From contig JAPZAP010000084.1 in assembly GCA_027460585.1 (NCBI GenBank), positions 20,454-44,453 of the forward strand: a stretch of 24,000 nt of DNA, written 5' to 3'. The stretch comes from Candidatus Methanoperedens sp. (GTDB lineage Archaea > Halobacteriota > Methanosarcinia > Methanosarcinales > Methanoperedenaceae). The position numbers were made by a program, and so were the translations under genes. The notes beneath the pieces were generated by a model that did no database searches, was not told where the DNA came from, and saw only the letters and a program-made list of their open reading frames with translations. Shown here one piece after another: positions 1 through 7,183 of the stretch. The first letter of the stretch is position 1; each line of letters starts with the position of its first letter.

Positions 1-1
1 G

Positions 2-1150
2 CTCCAGATACATACAAGAGGTATGCCGCTTGCGGAAGATATGGCCGAAGAAACTGGTTTGCGTGAGATCGCAGACATGACGCACGGTTTTGTTGGCGCT
101 GATCTCTCATCGCTGTGCAAGGAAGCTGCCATGCATTCTATACGAAAGATACTTCCTGAAATCAATATTGAAGCCGATATCCCCCAGGAAATAATGGAAA
201 AGATCGTTATAACAAGAGAAGATTTCCAGAACGCGCTCCAGAATATCGAGCCATCTGCGCTGCGGGAGGTATTTATCGAAGTGCCTGCTGTGAGGTGGAC
301 TGAAATCGGCGGATTGGAATCAGTTAAGCAGGAACTTATCGAGGCTGTTGAATGGCCGCTCAAATACCCTGAAGCCTTCATTGCAATCAATACCAGGCCG
401 CCAAAAGGAGTGCTGCTTTTCGGGCCTCCAGGCACTGGTAAGACAATGCTGGCAAAGGCGATAGCTACAGAAAGTGAAGCAAATTTCATAAGCATCAAAG
501 GTCCTGAACTTTTGAGTAAGTATGTCGGGGAATCTGAAAAAGCAATAAGGGAAACCTTCAGGAAAGCAAGGCAGGCAGCACCTACCATCATCTTTTTTGA
601 TGAAATAGATTCGATGGTTCCCACACGCGGAACCGCGTTTGATTCTGGCGTGACTGAAAGGATCGTAAGCCAGATCTTGACAGAGATTGACGGGCTTGAG
701 GAACTCAAGAACGTTGTCGTAGTGGCAGCCACCAACCGTCCTGATATGGTAGATCCGGCATTGCTGCGCCCGGGAAGGCTTGAGCGGTTCATTTATATCC
801 GTCCGCCTGACCAGAATGAAAGAGAGCTTATATTCGACATCCATCTTAAAGGTAAGCCGCTTGCTGCTGATATTGATATTAAGGAGCTTGCAAATAAGGC
901 AGAGGGGTATGTTGGTGCAGATATCGAGGCAATATGCCATGAAGCCGCCATAATCGCCCTTCGCGACTGGATAAAGCCGGGAATGGATCGGGAGACCGTT
1001 AAGAAAGAGGTCCAGAATGTAAGGATACAGAAATGGCATTTTGAGAAAGCTTTTAATATGGTAAGACCTACACAATGGGACCCAAAAGAATATGAAGCCA
1101 TGGCTGACATAACAAAAGCTATTGAAAAGAACAAAAAGGAAAAAATATGA
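2..1150 (+). CDS. cdc48: CDC48/VCP-type AAA+ ATPase, C-terminal (D2) part. The 5' end lies outside the window.
   Basis: The frame is open from nt 2 ([13 protein letters not shown]...), so the ATG at 23 is internal. Walker A GPPGTGKT, Walker B IIFFDEID and the [16 protein letters not shown] second-region-of-homology motifs are typical of archaeal CDC48. Confidence 0.9.
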   Translation, partial: LQIHTRGMPLAEDMAEETGLREIADMTHGFVGADLSSLCKEAAMHSIRKILPEINIEADIPQEIMEKIVITREDFQNALQNIEPSALREVFIEVPAVRWTEIGGLESVKQELIEAVEWPLKYPEAFIAINTRPPKGVLLFGPPGTGKTMLAKAIATESEANFISIKGPELLSKYVGESEKAIRETFRKARQAAPTIIFFDEIDSMVPTRGTAFDSGVTERIVSQILTEIDGLEELKNVVVVAATNRPDMVDPALLRPGRLERFIYIRPPDQNERELIFDIHLKGKPLAADIDIKELANKAEGYVGADIEAICHEAAIIALRDWIKPGMDRETVKKEVQNVRIQKWHFEKAFNMVRPTQWDPKEYEAMADITKAIEKNKKEKI

Positions 1151-1578
1151 AGAAAACCAATGATTTCGAGGAGTTCCTGAACCTGCTTGAAAAGGCTGTG
1201 AATAAGATCGCTGATGAGAATAATATTCCTGAAAAACGACCTGTGAACATCAATATTAACATAAACCTTTATCCCGTTATGGCTGCAAATCCCGGCGATA
1301 TTTTTGTCCAGCAGGAAGAAATGCCTGTGGATATACTTGAGACAAAGGATAAAATCCATGCAGTGATGCCGCTTCCCGGAATGGAAATGGAAAATATCAC
1401 GATTATTTGCAGAGGGAAATCTCTTGAAATAATGGCTGTGAATTCCGAAAATACGTTCAGGGAAATAATCGAACTTCCTTCGAAGGTCAACAGGACAGGC
1501 ATTGCGGCGACCTGCAAGAATGGGATACTTGAAGTAGTGCTGAACAAGCCGAAAAATGAAAGGAAGAAACTGGGGTAG
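1147..1578 (+). CDS. Small heat-shock protein, Hsp20/alpha-crystallin-like
   Basis: 143 aa. The C-terminal half (KDKIHAVMPLPGMEMENITI...LEI...REIELPSKV...ATCKNGILEVVLNK) follows the alpha-crystallin-domain beta-sandwich pattern. The start overlaps the cdc48 stop (ATGA). Confidence 0.7.
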   Translation: MKKTNDFEEFLNLLEKAVNKIADENNIPEKRPVNINININLYPVMAANPGDIFVQQEEMPVDILETKDKIHAVMPLPGMEMENITIICRGKSLEIMAVNSENTFREIIELPSKVNRTGIAATCKNGILEVVLNKPKNERKKLG

Positions 1579-1616
1579 GATTTACAGGATGGGGAAGTGC
1601 CTTTATGAATTACTTA

Positions 1617-1838
1617 TTATAATAGTTCTTCAAATTCTTCCACAGAAAGCCCGGCAGCCTTAATTAATTCTCTCAACAAACCGGGTTTTAATTCTTTATG
1701 TTTTGGAACCGATAATGTAACTTTAGATCCTTCTTTTCTCAGAACAACATGACTTCCTACCTGTCGGTGAGGAATCCAACCAGCCCTGGAAAATGCTTTC
1801 ATAGCTTCCATTCCTGAAATTATTGGAAGTTTGGACAT
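1617..1838 (-). CDS. hicA: HicA family mRNA-interferase toxin
   Basis: 73 aa. It shows the pattern LPIISG.E..KAF.RAGW...RQVGSHVVLRK, the classic HicA/YcfA signature including the GSH motif. Its start overlaps the hicB stop by 1 nt (TAATG). Confidence 0.85.
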   Translation of the reverse strand: MSKLPIISGMEAMKAFSRAGWIPHRQVGSHVVLRKEGSKVTLSVPKHKELKPGLLRELIKAAGLSVEEFEELL

Positions 1839-2056
1839 TATGCAACTACATCAACTATTTTGGCTGAGGGATTGGCCAGGTACGATTTAATTTTATCTTC
1901 AGCTAATGATTCAAGACATGCCTGTATAGCTTCTTTAATATTTTCCAGTGCTTCTTCCTTTGTATCTCCCTGGGAAAAACAGCCTGGAAGACTTGGACAG
2001 CTAACAACAAAGCCCCCTACTTCCTCATCTTCTTCCAGAACAACTTTAAGATGCAT
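1838..2056 (-). CDS. hicB: HicB family antitoxin (UPF0150-type, no obvious DNA-binding extension)
   Basis: 72 aa. GGFVVSCPSLPGCFSQGDTKEEALENIKEAIQ is the canonical HicB N-terminal domain signature. It lies immediately upstream of hicA. Confidence 0.8.
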   Translation of the reverse strand: MHLKVVLEEDEEVGGFVVSCPSLPGCFSQGDTKEEALENIKEAIQACLESLAEDKIKSYLANPSAKIVDVVA

Positions 2057-2067
2057 ATTAGTCTTTA

Positions 2068-2214
2068 TTATTGTATATCTTTAAATTCCTTTTGGATGTA
2101 TTCCATTGTTGGTATGGAAGGATACGGCCTTTTCTGCCTGCAATCAGAAGAATATTGTTCATCCTCTTTTGTTGAGGCGATGAAAACATTTGCATCAATA
2201 CAAATTGGCTTCAT
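2068..2214 (-). pseudogene. Truncated PIN-domain (VapC-like) toxin remnant, 48 codons
   Basis: This ORF is below the track cutoff: MKPICIDANVFIASTKEDEQYSSDCRQ.... The ATG at 2214 overlaps the TGA of the upstream 73-aa gene (ATGA), and the I-x-I-D-A-N-V-F-I-A start is the typical first strand plus catalytic Asp of PIN domains. It ends 12 nt before the hicB start, far short of the roughly 130 aa of a PIN domain. Confidence 0.45.
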
Positions 2215-2432
2215 TCATTATGTCTCCTGTCCTTTTTTATCATATCGAGGACAGAAGGAGCTGTTTTTGGCCATTTTTTTTCGAGTTTTTTAGCTTCAGC
2301 AAGCCATGCTCTTGCTGCCGTCCTTGTCTCATCTTCCTTTATGCGGCTGCCGCTTTCTAGAACCATTTTCCTGAGGTCATGTATCTGTTCGTCTATGAAC
2401 GTGATCTTCTCCATTAGTTCTCCGTTTGCCAT
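2211..2432 (-). CDS. Small hypothetical protein, putative VapB-like antitoxin (function inferred from context only)
   Basis: 73 aa, charged and helical. It is translationally coupled (ATGA) to the PIN-like remnant downstream. I recognise no family signature with certainty. Confidence 0.45.
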   Translation of the reverse strand: MANGELMEKITFIDEQIHDLRKMVLESGSRIKEDETRTAARAWLAEAKKLEKKWPKTAPSVLDMIKKDRRHNE

Positions 2433-2890
2433 AACACTTAGTTCTCTTTTCTTGGTTTATATATTTGTTTTTTTGCTGACTTGCCAGCTATGATCTTAAA
2501 CCCGGCTTTTTCTAATTTCCATAAACTGCATGTTTTGCGGGATTGGTTACACGAAGGCATTGCCCAAGGCTGTGCAGGGAGCGAGCCAGTGGAATTTATC
2601 AGAGTCAGAAAAGACCTTTTCGGAAAAACGCTTTTAATTACGAGGCGCGCCGGATAATCTTGTTTCTGCGGCGCTGGGGCGAAGCTGATGAGAGCAGCCT
2701 GCTGTATTTAGCAATGGAGGCGCGGATATCCCGCAGATACCGAGGGGAGTAGTGACTTTATTTTGCGTGTTCCTTTAGGGTGGACGGCAATCCTCATGTT
2801 TTTGATTTGATGGCTTCGTCTTGGTATATTTACTAGTTTGTGTATATTAAAATTGAAAAAAAGGTATAGTGACAATAATTGGACAAAGCA

Positions 2891-2905
2891 ATATATATAT
2901 AAATA
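2891..2905 (+). promoter_or_regulatory. Candidate archaeal TATA-box tract for the TIR-like/TPR cassette
   Basis: The tract atatatatataaata lies 40-54 nt upstream of the ATG at 2945, within an AT-rich divergent intergenic region. This rests on position only. Confidence 0.3.
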
Positions 2906-2944
2906 ACTTAACCTATATTTCACCAAAGAATAGACGAGCAAGGA

Positions 2945-3562
2945 ATGTCTGACGAAAAAGAGGAAGTAAACAATATATTCACTGAAAAAGGTGAGACAAA
3001 AGTCAAATCAGAAAATATTACAGAGGGAGAGCTATCATGTGTTATTGTCTATTCTGATAGAAAACACGTCAATTATATTAATTCAGTTATATCTTTTTTT
3101 GAATCTGTATTGAAAAAGGATGGTTTTAGACCACAAAGACTGGGAGATGAAATCAGAAGTACTGAAGATTTTCTGGAAAAATTAGAAAAGTTGATTGATA
3201 ATTGCGTTTTGGGTATCATAATACTTGATGGCTTTAGACCTAATGTAATATTCGAGTTTGGTCTTTTAAAAGGAAGAAAAAAACCTATAATCGTATTACA
3301 GTCAGTAAATGCATCAATTAATATAAAAACATTGTTTGAATCGTATGAAGAAGCAGGCTTATCCGAAAAAAAATTTAAACTGATGAAAGATCCTTTAATC
3401 AAAATTTCAAATCATTTATCAGATTTTGGGGGAAAGTATATAGCATATTTTGATTGGGGTGCTATGGAAAGCGAAAATAAACATCCTTCAGTAGTATTAG
3501 AAAATGAACTTAAGAAGAATAAAGACCAAGTAACTAAAGAGAAATTGAAAATGTTACAATAG
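2945..3562 (+). CDS. TIR-like domain protein (Cap12/Pycsar-effector-type 'predicted nucleotide-binding, TIR-like' family)
   Basis: 205 aa. The motif order is CVIVYSD (strand 1), FLEKLEKLIDNCVLGIIILDG, RPNVIFEFGLLKG (conserved Glu, E104, nt 3254-3256), KPIIVLQ, and SDFGGKYIAYFD. It parallels the family consensus as I remember it (VFIVHG ... AVVLLTPDD ... RQNVIFELGyF.GklGr.rV..L ... PSDysGv.Y...D). This comes from memory of the family, not from a search. Confidence 0.6.
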   Translation: MSDEKEEVNNIFTEKGETKVKSENITEGELSCVIVYSDRKHVNYINSVISFFESVLKKDGFRPQRLGDEIRSTEDFLEKLEKLIDNCVLGIIILDGFRPNVIFEFGLLKGRKKPIIVLQSVNASINIKTLFESYEEAGLSEKKFKLMKDPLIKISNHLSDFGGKYIAYFDWGAMESENKHPSVVLENELKKNKDQVTKEKLKMLQ

Positions 3563-3578
3563 GGATTATATCGAAATT

Positions 3579-5825
3579 ATGACACCATCACATACTCAAG
3601 ATTTCCATGAGTTTTTACAACCATTGACAAGTATTATTATAAAATATTATACGGGTGATGAAGAATTCAATATTACAGATCTCAGAAAAATACATAAAAA
3701 AATAACTTCTACAGCGCGGAGAAAAAATTTTCAGGTGCCTAATGATGTTTATAGCATGATTGCGGCTACTTATTTATCCAAAGCTAAACAAATAAAAGAA
3801 AGTCCTGAAATTATTGATTACCTCAACTCTGCCTTAGATACATATCAAGAAATATTTAAATCAATCTCAAATGAGGAGAATCCCATTCCATACAGTGAAA
3901 CACGGAAAAAAATTGGAGGGGTTTATTGGGAGCTTTCACAATATATAAACACGAAAGAAAACGCCAAAAATGCAATATATGAATATGAAGAAGCCCTCAA
4001 AGTCTATACTCTTGATAACTACCCCATTGACTATGCAACGACTCAGAACAATCTTGGGAATGCATACGGAACGCTTGCTGAGGTAGAAGATAAGGACGAT
4101 AACTGCAGGAAAGCAATCAATGCATACGAGGAAGCTCTTAAAGTTTATACTCTTGATCTTTACCCAATTGACTATGCAAAAATTCAGAACAATCTTGGAA
4201 ACTTATACATCAATTTGAAAAAGTTTGAGGATGCGGAGAAGGCATACACAGAGGCTTTGAAAATTCGTAGGGAACTGGCAAAAAAAAGTCCTGATACTTA
4301 CTTGCCTTCCGTGGCTACGTCTCAGAACAATCTTGGAATATTATATAGAAATTTAGGGAAATTTGAGGAAGCGAAGAAGGCATACATAGAGGCTTTGAAA
4401 ATTCGTAAGGAACTGGCAAAAAAGAGTCCTAATATTTACTTGCCTTCTGTGGCCACGTCTCAGAACAATCTTGGAATCTTATATGGAAATTTAGGGATGT
4501 TTGAGAAAGCAGAGAAGACATACATAGAGGCTTTGAAAATTCGTAAGGAACTGGCAGAAAAGAGTCCTGATGCTTACTTGTCTGCTGTGGCTATGACTCA
4601 GAACAATCTTGGAAACTTATATAGAAATTTGAAAAAGTTTGAGGATGCAGAGAAGACATTCAAAGAGGCTTTGAAAATAATTAAGTTACTCGTAAGAAAA
4701 AGTCCTGATGTTTACTTGTCTGATGTCGCTATGATTCAGAACAATCTTGGAAACTTATACAGCGATTTGAAAAAGTTTGAGGATGCGGAGAAGGCATTTA
4801 CAGAGGCTTTGAAAATTCGTAAGGAACTGGCAGAAAAGAGTCCTGATGCTTACTTGTCTGCTGTGGCTATGACTCAGAACAATCTTGGAAACTTATACGG
4901 CGATTTGAAAAAGTTTGAGGATGCGGAGAAAGCATACCTAGAGGCTTTGAAAATTTTTAAGGAACTAGCAGAAAAGAGTCCTGATGCTTACTTGCCTGAT
5001 GTCGCTATGACTCAGAACAATCTTGGAATCTTATATGGCGATTTGAAAAGGTTTGAAGATGCGGAGAAGGCATATACAGAGGCTTTGAAAATTCGTAAGG
5101 AACTAGCAGAAAAGAGTCCTGGTGCTTACTTGTCTTATGTCGCTACGACTCAGAACAATTTTGGAAACTTATATAGAAATTTAGGGAAATTTGAGGATGC
5201 GGAGAAGGCATATACAGAGGCTTTGAAAATTCGTAAGGAACTGGCAGAAAAGAGTCCTGATGCTTACTTGCCTTATGTCTCTACGACTCAGAACAATTTA
5301 GGAAACTTATATAGAAATTTGAAAAAGTTTGAGGATGCGGAGAAGGCATTTACAGAGGCTTTGAAAATTCGTAAGGAACTGGCAAAAAAGAGTCCTGATG
5401 CTTATTTGCCTGCTGTGGCAACGACTCAGAACAATTTTGGAAACTTATATAGAGATTTGAAAAAGTTTGAGGATGCGGAGAAGGCATTTACAGAGGCTTT
5501 GAAAATTCGTAAGGTACTGGCAAAAAAGAGTCCTGATGCTTATTTGCCTGCTGTGGCAACGACTCAGAACAATCTTGGAAAATTATATAGAGATTTGAAA
5601 AAGTTTGAGGATGCGGAGAAGGCATTTACAGAGGCTTTGAAAATTCGTAAGGTACTGGCAAAAAAGAATCCTGATGCTTATTTGCCTGCTGTTGCAACGA
5701 CTCAGAACAATCTTGGAAAATTATATAGAGATTTGAAAAAGTTTGAGGATGCGGAGAAGGCATTCGTTGAGGCTTTAAAAATTCTTAAAGAATTGGAAAA
5801 TAAGGTTTCCAATCCAAGACAATGA
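3579..5825 (+). CDS. Tetratricopeptide-repeat protein (TPR_10/TPR_12-like long repeats), 748 aa
   Basis: It starts 16 nt after the TIR-like gene. There are 13 QNNLGNLY-type units with the consensus FEDAEKAyTEALKIRKELAEKSPDAYLP.VATTQNNLGNLYRDLKK. No Walker motifs or any other enzymatic signature are visible. Confidence 0.9.
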   Translation: MTPSHTQDFHEFLQPLTSIIIKYYTGDEEFNITDLRKIHKKITSTARRKNFQVPNDVYSMIAATYLSKAKQIKESPEIIDYLNSALDTYQEIFKSISNEENPIPYSETRKKIGGVYWELSQYINTKENAKNAIYEYEEALKVYTLDNYPIDYATTQNNLGNAYGTLAEVEDKDDNCRKAINAYEEALKVYTLDLYPIDYAKIQNNLGNLYINLKKFEDAEKAYTEALKIRRELAKKSPDTYLPSVATSQNNLGILYRNLGKFEEAKKAYIEALKIRKELAKKSPNIYLPSVATSQNNLGILYGNLGMFEKAEKTYIEALKIRKELAEKSPDAYLSAVAMTQNNLGNLYRNLKKFEDAEKTFKEALKIIKLLVRKSPDVYLSDVAMIQNNLGNLYSDLKKFEDAEKAFTEALKIRKELAEKSPDAYLSAVAMTQNNLGNLYGDLKKFEDAEKAYLEALKIFKELAEKSPDAYLPDVAMTQNNLGILYGDLKRFEDAEKAYTEALKIRKELAEKSPGAYLSYVATTQNNFGNLYRNLGKFEDAEKAYTEALKIRKELAEKSPDAYLPYVSTTQNNLGNLYRNLKKFEDAEKAFTEALKIRKELAKKSPDAYLPAVATTQNNFGNLYRDLKKFEDAEKAFTEALKIRKVLAKKSPDAYLPAVATTQNNLGKLYRDLKKFEDAEKAFTEALKIRKVLAKKNPDAYLPAVATTQNNLGKLYRDLKKFEDAEKAFVEALKILKELENKVSNPRQ
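4185..5795 (+). repeat. Intragenic tandem repeat array with an exact 138-nt (46-codon) period, about 11.5 units
   Basis: The CAGAACAAT landmark recurs at 4185, 4323, 4461, 4599, 4737, 4875, 5013, 5151, 5289, 5427, 5565 and 5703, every interval being 138 nt. An older, degenerate unit lies at 4044 (141-nt spacing). The units starting at 5427 and 5565 differ at 4 of 138 positions by my manual comparison. Confidence 0.9.
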
Positions 5826-5984
5826 ATCAAAATATTGCATATTGAATTATCAGCATGAAGAGGGGATGATTCAGATGGCATAAACGTAACCCTAATCAAC
5901 AATAAGTCTATTGCTAGCGTTTTTAGTGTGATGTACATCTTAAGTTTTCAATATATTTACCCACGACATCCCGCCTTCCATTCC

Positions 5985-6013
5985 CACGATTTTTCCCTTA
6001 ACCGCTGACGCAT
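5985..6013 (+). repeat. Copy A of a conserved intergenic 29-nt motif (cacgatttttcccttaaccgctgacgcat)
   Basis: 26 of 29 nt are identical to 13320-13348 on the same strand, with weaker flanking similarity (tttac.., tccatt, catgaat, attaac). Confidence 0.6.
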
Positions 6014-6073
6014 GAATCGCAATCTTCATTAACTATCCAAACAAATTGTCTATATATCCGGGAGGCGAAAACA

Positions 6074-7183
6074 ATGCAAATTGATGAACAAATATTCGAA
6101 TTTACTGATGAATTAGGTCCTGAAAAGATAATTCATTTATATGAGCCCAGAACAAGGATGAAAGCGATCGTTGTTGTGGATAATACCGCGGCAGGTCCTG
6201 CTATCGGAGGGATCAGGATGGCTCCCGATGTTACCGTTAATGAGGTACGAAGGCTGGCCCGCGCGATGACATATAAGAATATCATGGCTGGACTTCCCCA
6301 TGGCGGCGGGAAATCAGGCATTATTGCTGACCCGAAAACCGTGAACAAGGAGCAGATCATCAGGACTTTTGCACGGGCAATAAAAAATCTCCTTGAATAC
6401 ATTCCCGGACCCGATATGGGTACTGATGAATCAAGCATGGCTTATGTCTATGACGAGACTTCGCGTGCAGTTGGGCTTCCCAGGGAACTTGGCGGGATAC
6501 CACTTGATGAAATTGGCGTGACCGGATACGGGGTAGCGGAATGCGCGGATGTTGCGAAAGATTATATCAATCTTGACCTGAATGGAGCGCGCCTTGTAAT
6601 TGAAGGATTCGGGAATGTGGGAAAACCCGCTGCCAGGTTTCTGGCAGGGAAGGGTGTAATCCTTGTAGGAGCAAGTGATTCCAGAGGCACGATCTATAAT
6701 TCAAAAGGTCTGGATGTCGAGGAATTGATAAGAGTCAAGGAATCCACGGGTTCAGTGACGAATTATAAAGACGGGGAGGTTTTAAAAATAACAGACCTAT
6801 TGATGATAAATACGGATATCCTCATCCCTGCCGCAAGACCCGATGTCATAAGCGATGCAAACTCGGATGTAGTGGATGCAAAATTGATAATCGAGGGAGC
6901 AAATATCCCGATCACCGAAAGTGCGGAAAGGGCGCTTCATGACAGAGGAATACTTGTCGTTCCTGATTTTGTGGCAAACGCAGGCGGTGTCATTACAGCT
7001 TCAGTTGAATACCACGCAGGTACAGAAGCGTCAGCTCTTGACAAGACCAAAAATACCATCAGGAGAAACACAAAGGAGATCCTTGATAAGGTATATAGCG
7101 ATAAAACATATCCCAGAGAGACAGCCGTCGGAATAGCAAGACAAAGGGTTTTGAGGGCAATGAAATACAGGGAATGGATGTAA
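6074..7183 (+). CDS. Glu/Leu/Phe/Val-family amino-acid dehydrogenase (short, LeuDH-like architecture)
   Basis: 369 aa. KAIVVVDNTAAGPAIGGIRM and LARAMTYKNIMAGLPHGGGKSGIIADP (catalytic Lys motif) are present, followed by the Rossmann motif EGFGNVG. The length resembles Leu/Val/Phe dehydrogenases more than the 415-450 aa of hexameric GDH. A GGAGG Shine-Dalgarno (SD) sequence lies 8 nt upstream. Confidence 0.85.
   Translation: MQIDEQIFEFTDELGPEKIIHLYEPRTRMKAIVVVDNTAAGPAIGGIRMAPDVTVNEVRRLARAMTYKNIMAGLPHGGGKSGIIADPKTVNKEQIIRTFARAIKNLLEYIPGPDMGTDESSMAYVYDETSRAVGLPRELGGIPLDEIGVTGYGVAECADVAKDYINLDLNGARLVIEGFGNVGKPAARFLAGKGVILVGASDSRGTIYNSKGLDVEELIRVKESTGSVTNYKDGEVLKITDLLMINTDILIPAARPDVISDANSDVVDAKLIIEGANIPITESAERALHDRGILVVPDFVANAGGVITASVEYHAGTEASALDKTKNTIRRNTKEILDKVYSDKTYPRETAVGIARQRVLRAMKYREWM

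Noticed and set aside
320-1359. Long antisense ORFs (320-1075, 793-1359) opposite cdc48. Similar antisense or shadow ORFs lie inside hsp20, acdA, elp3, endoQ, moeA, res and sucC.
   Set aside because: They overlap well-supported genes with clear family motifs. Their translations are Cys/Ser/Phe/Ile-rich, carry no recognisable motifs, and are typical shadow frames.
2683-2712. A CUGAUGA / UGAUGA string (gctgatgag) suggesting a hammerhead ribozyme core or a C/D-box sRNA C box.
   Set aside because: No GAAA element or proper stem II/III follows, which rules out a hammerhead. No CUGA D box lies at a suitable distance, which rules out a C/D sRNA.
2543-2752. A 69-aa plus-strand ORF (MVTRRHCPRLCRER...) in the GC-rich intergenic patch.
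   Set aside because: It has an Arg-rich, low-information composition typical of an out-of-frame or non-coding GC-rich sequence, with no SD sequence and no motif. The region is reported as a finding, not as a CDS.
2708-2941. A 77-aa minus-strand ORF in the AT-rich promoter region upstream of the TIR-like gene.
   Set aside because: It is a low-complexity Leu/Tyr/Phe-rich translation of AT-rich DNA and overlaps the probable promoter. There is no supporting signal.
4185-5795. The regularly spaced repeats might be mistaken for a CRISPR array.
   Set aside because: The units are contiguous 138-nt coding repeats within one long ORF (TPR units), with no alternation of conserved repeats and unique spacers, and no cas genes.
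5826-6073. I scanned this intergenic region and the others (13090-13360, 13793-13944, 22268-22330) for tRNA or other RNA genes.
   Set aside because: I saw no T-loop (GGTTCGAATC-like) or acceptor-stem pairing pattern, and no rRNA-like conserved blocks.
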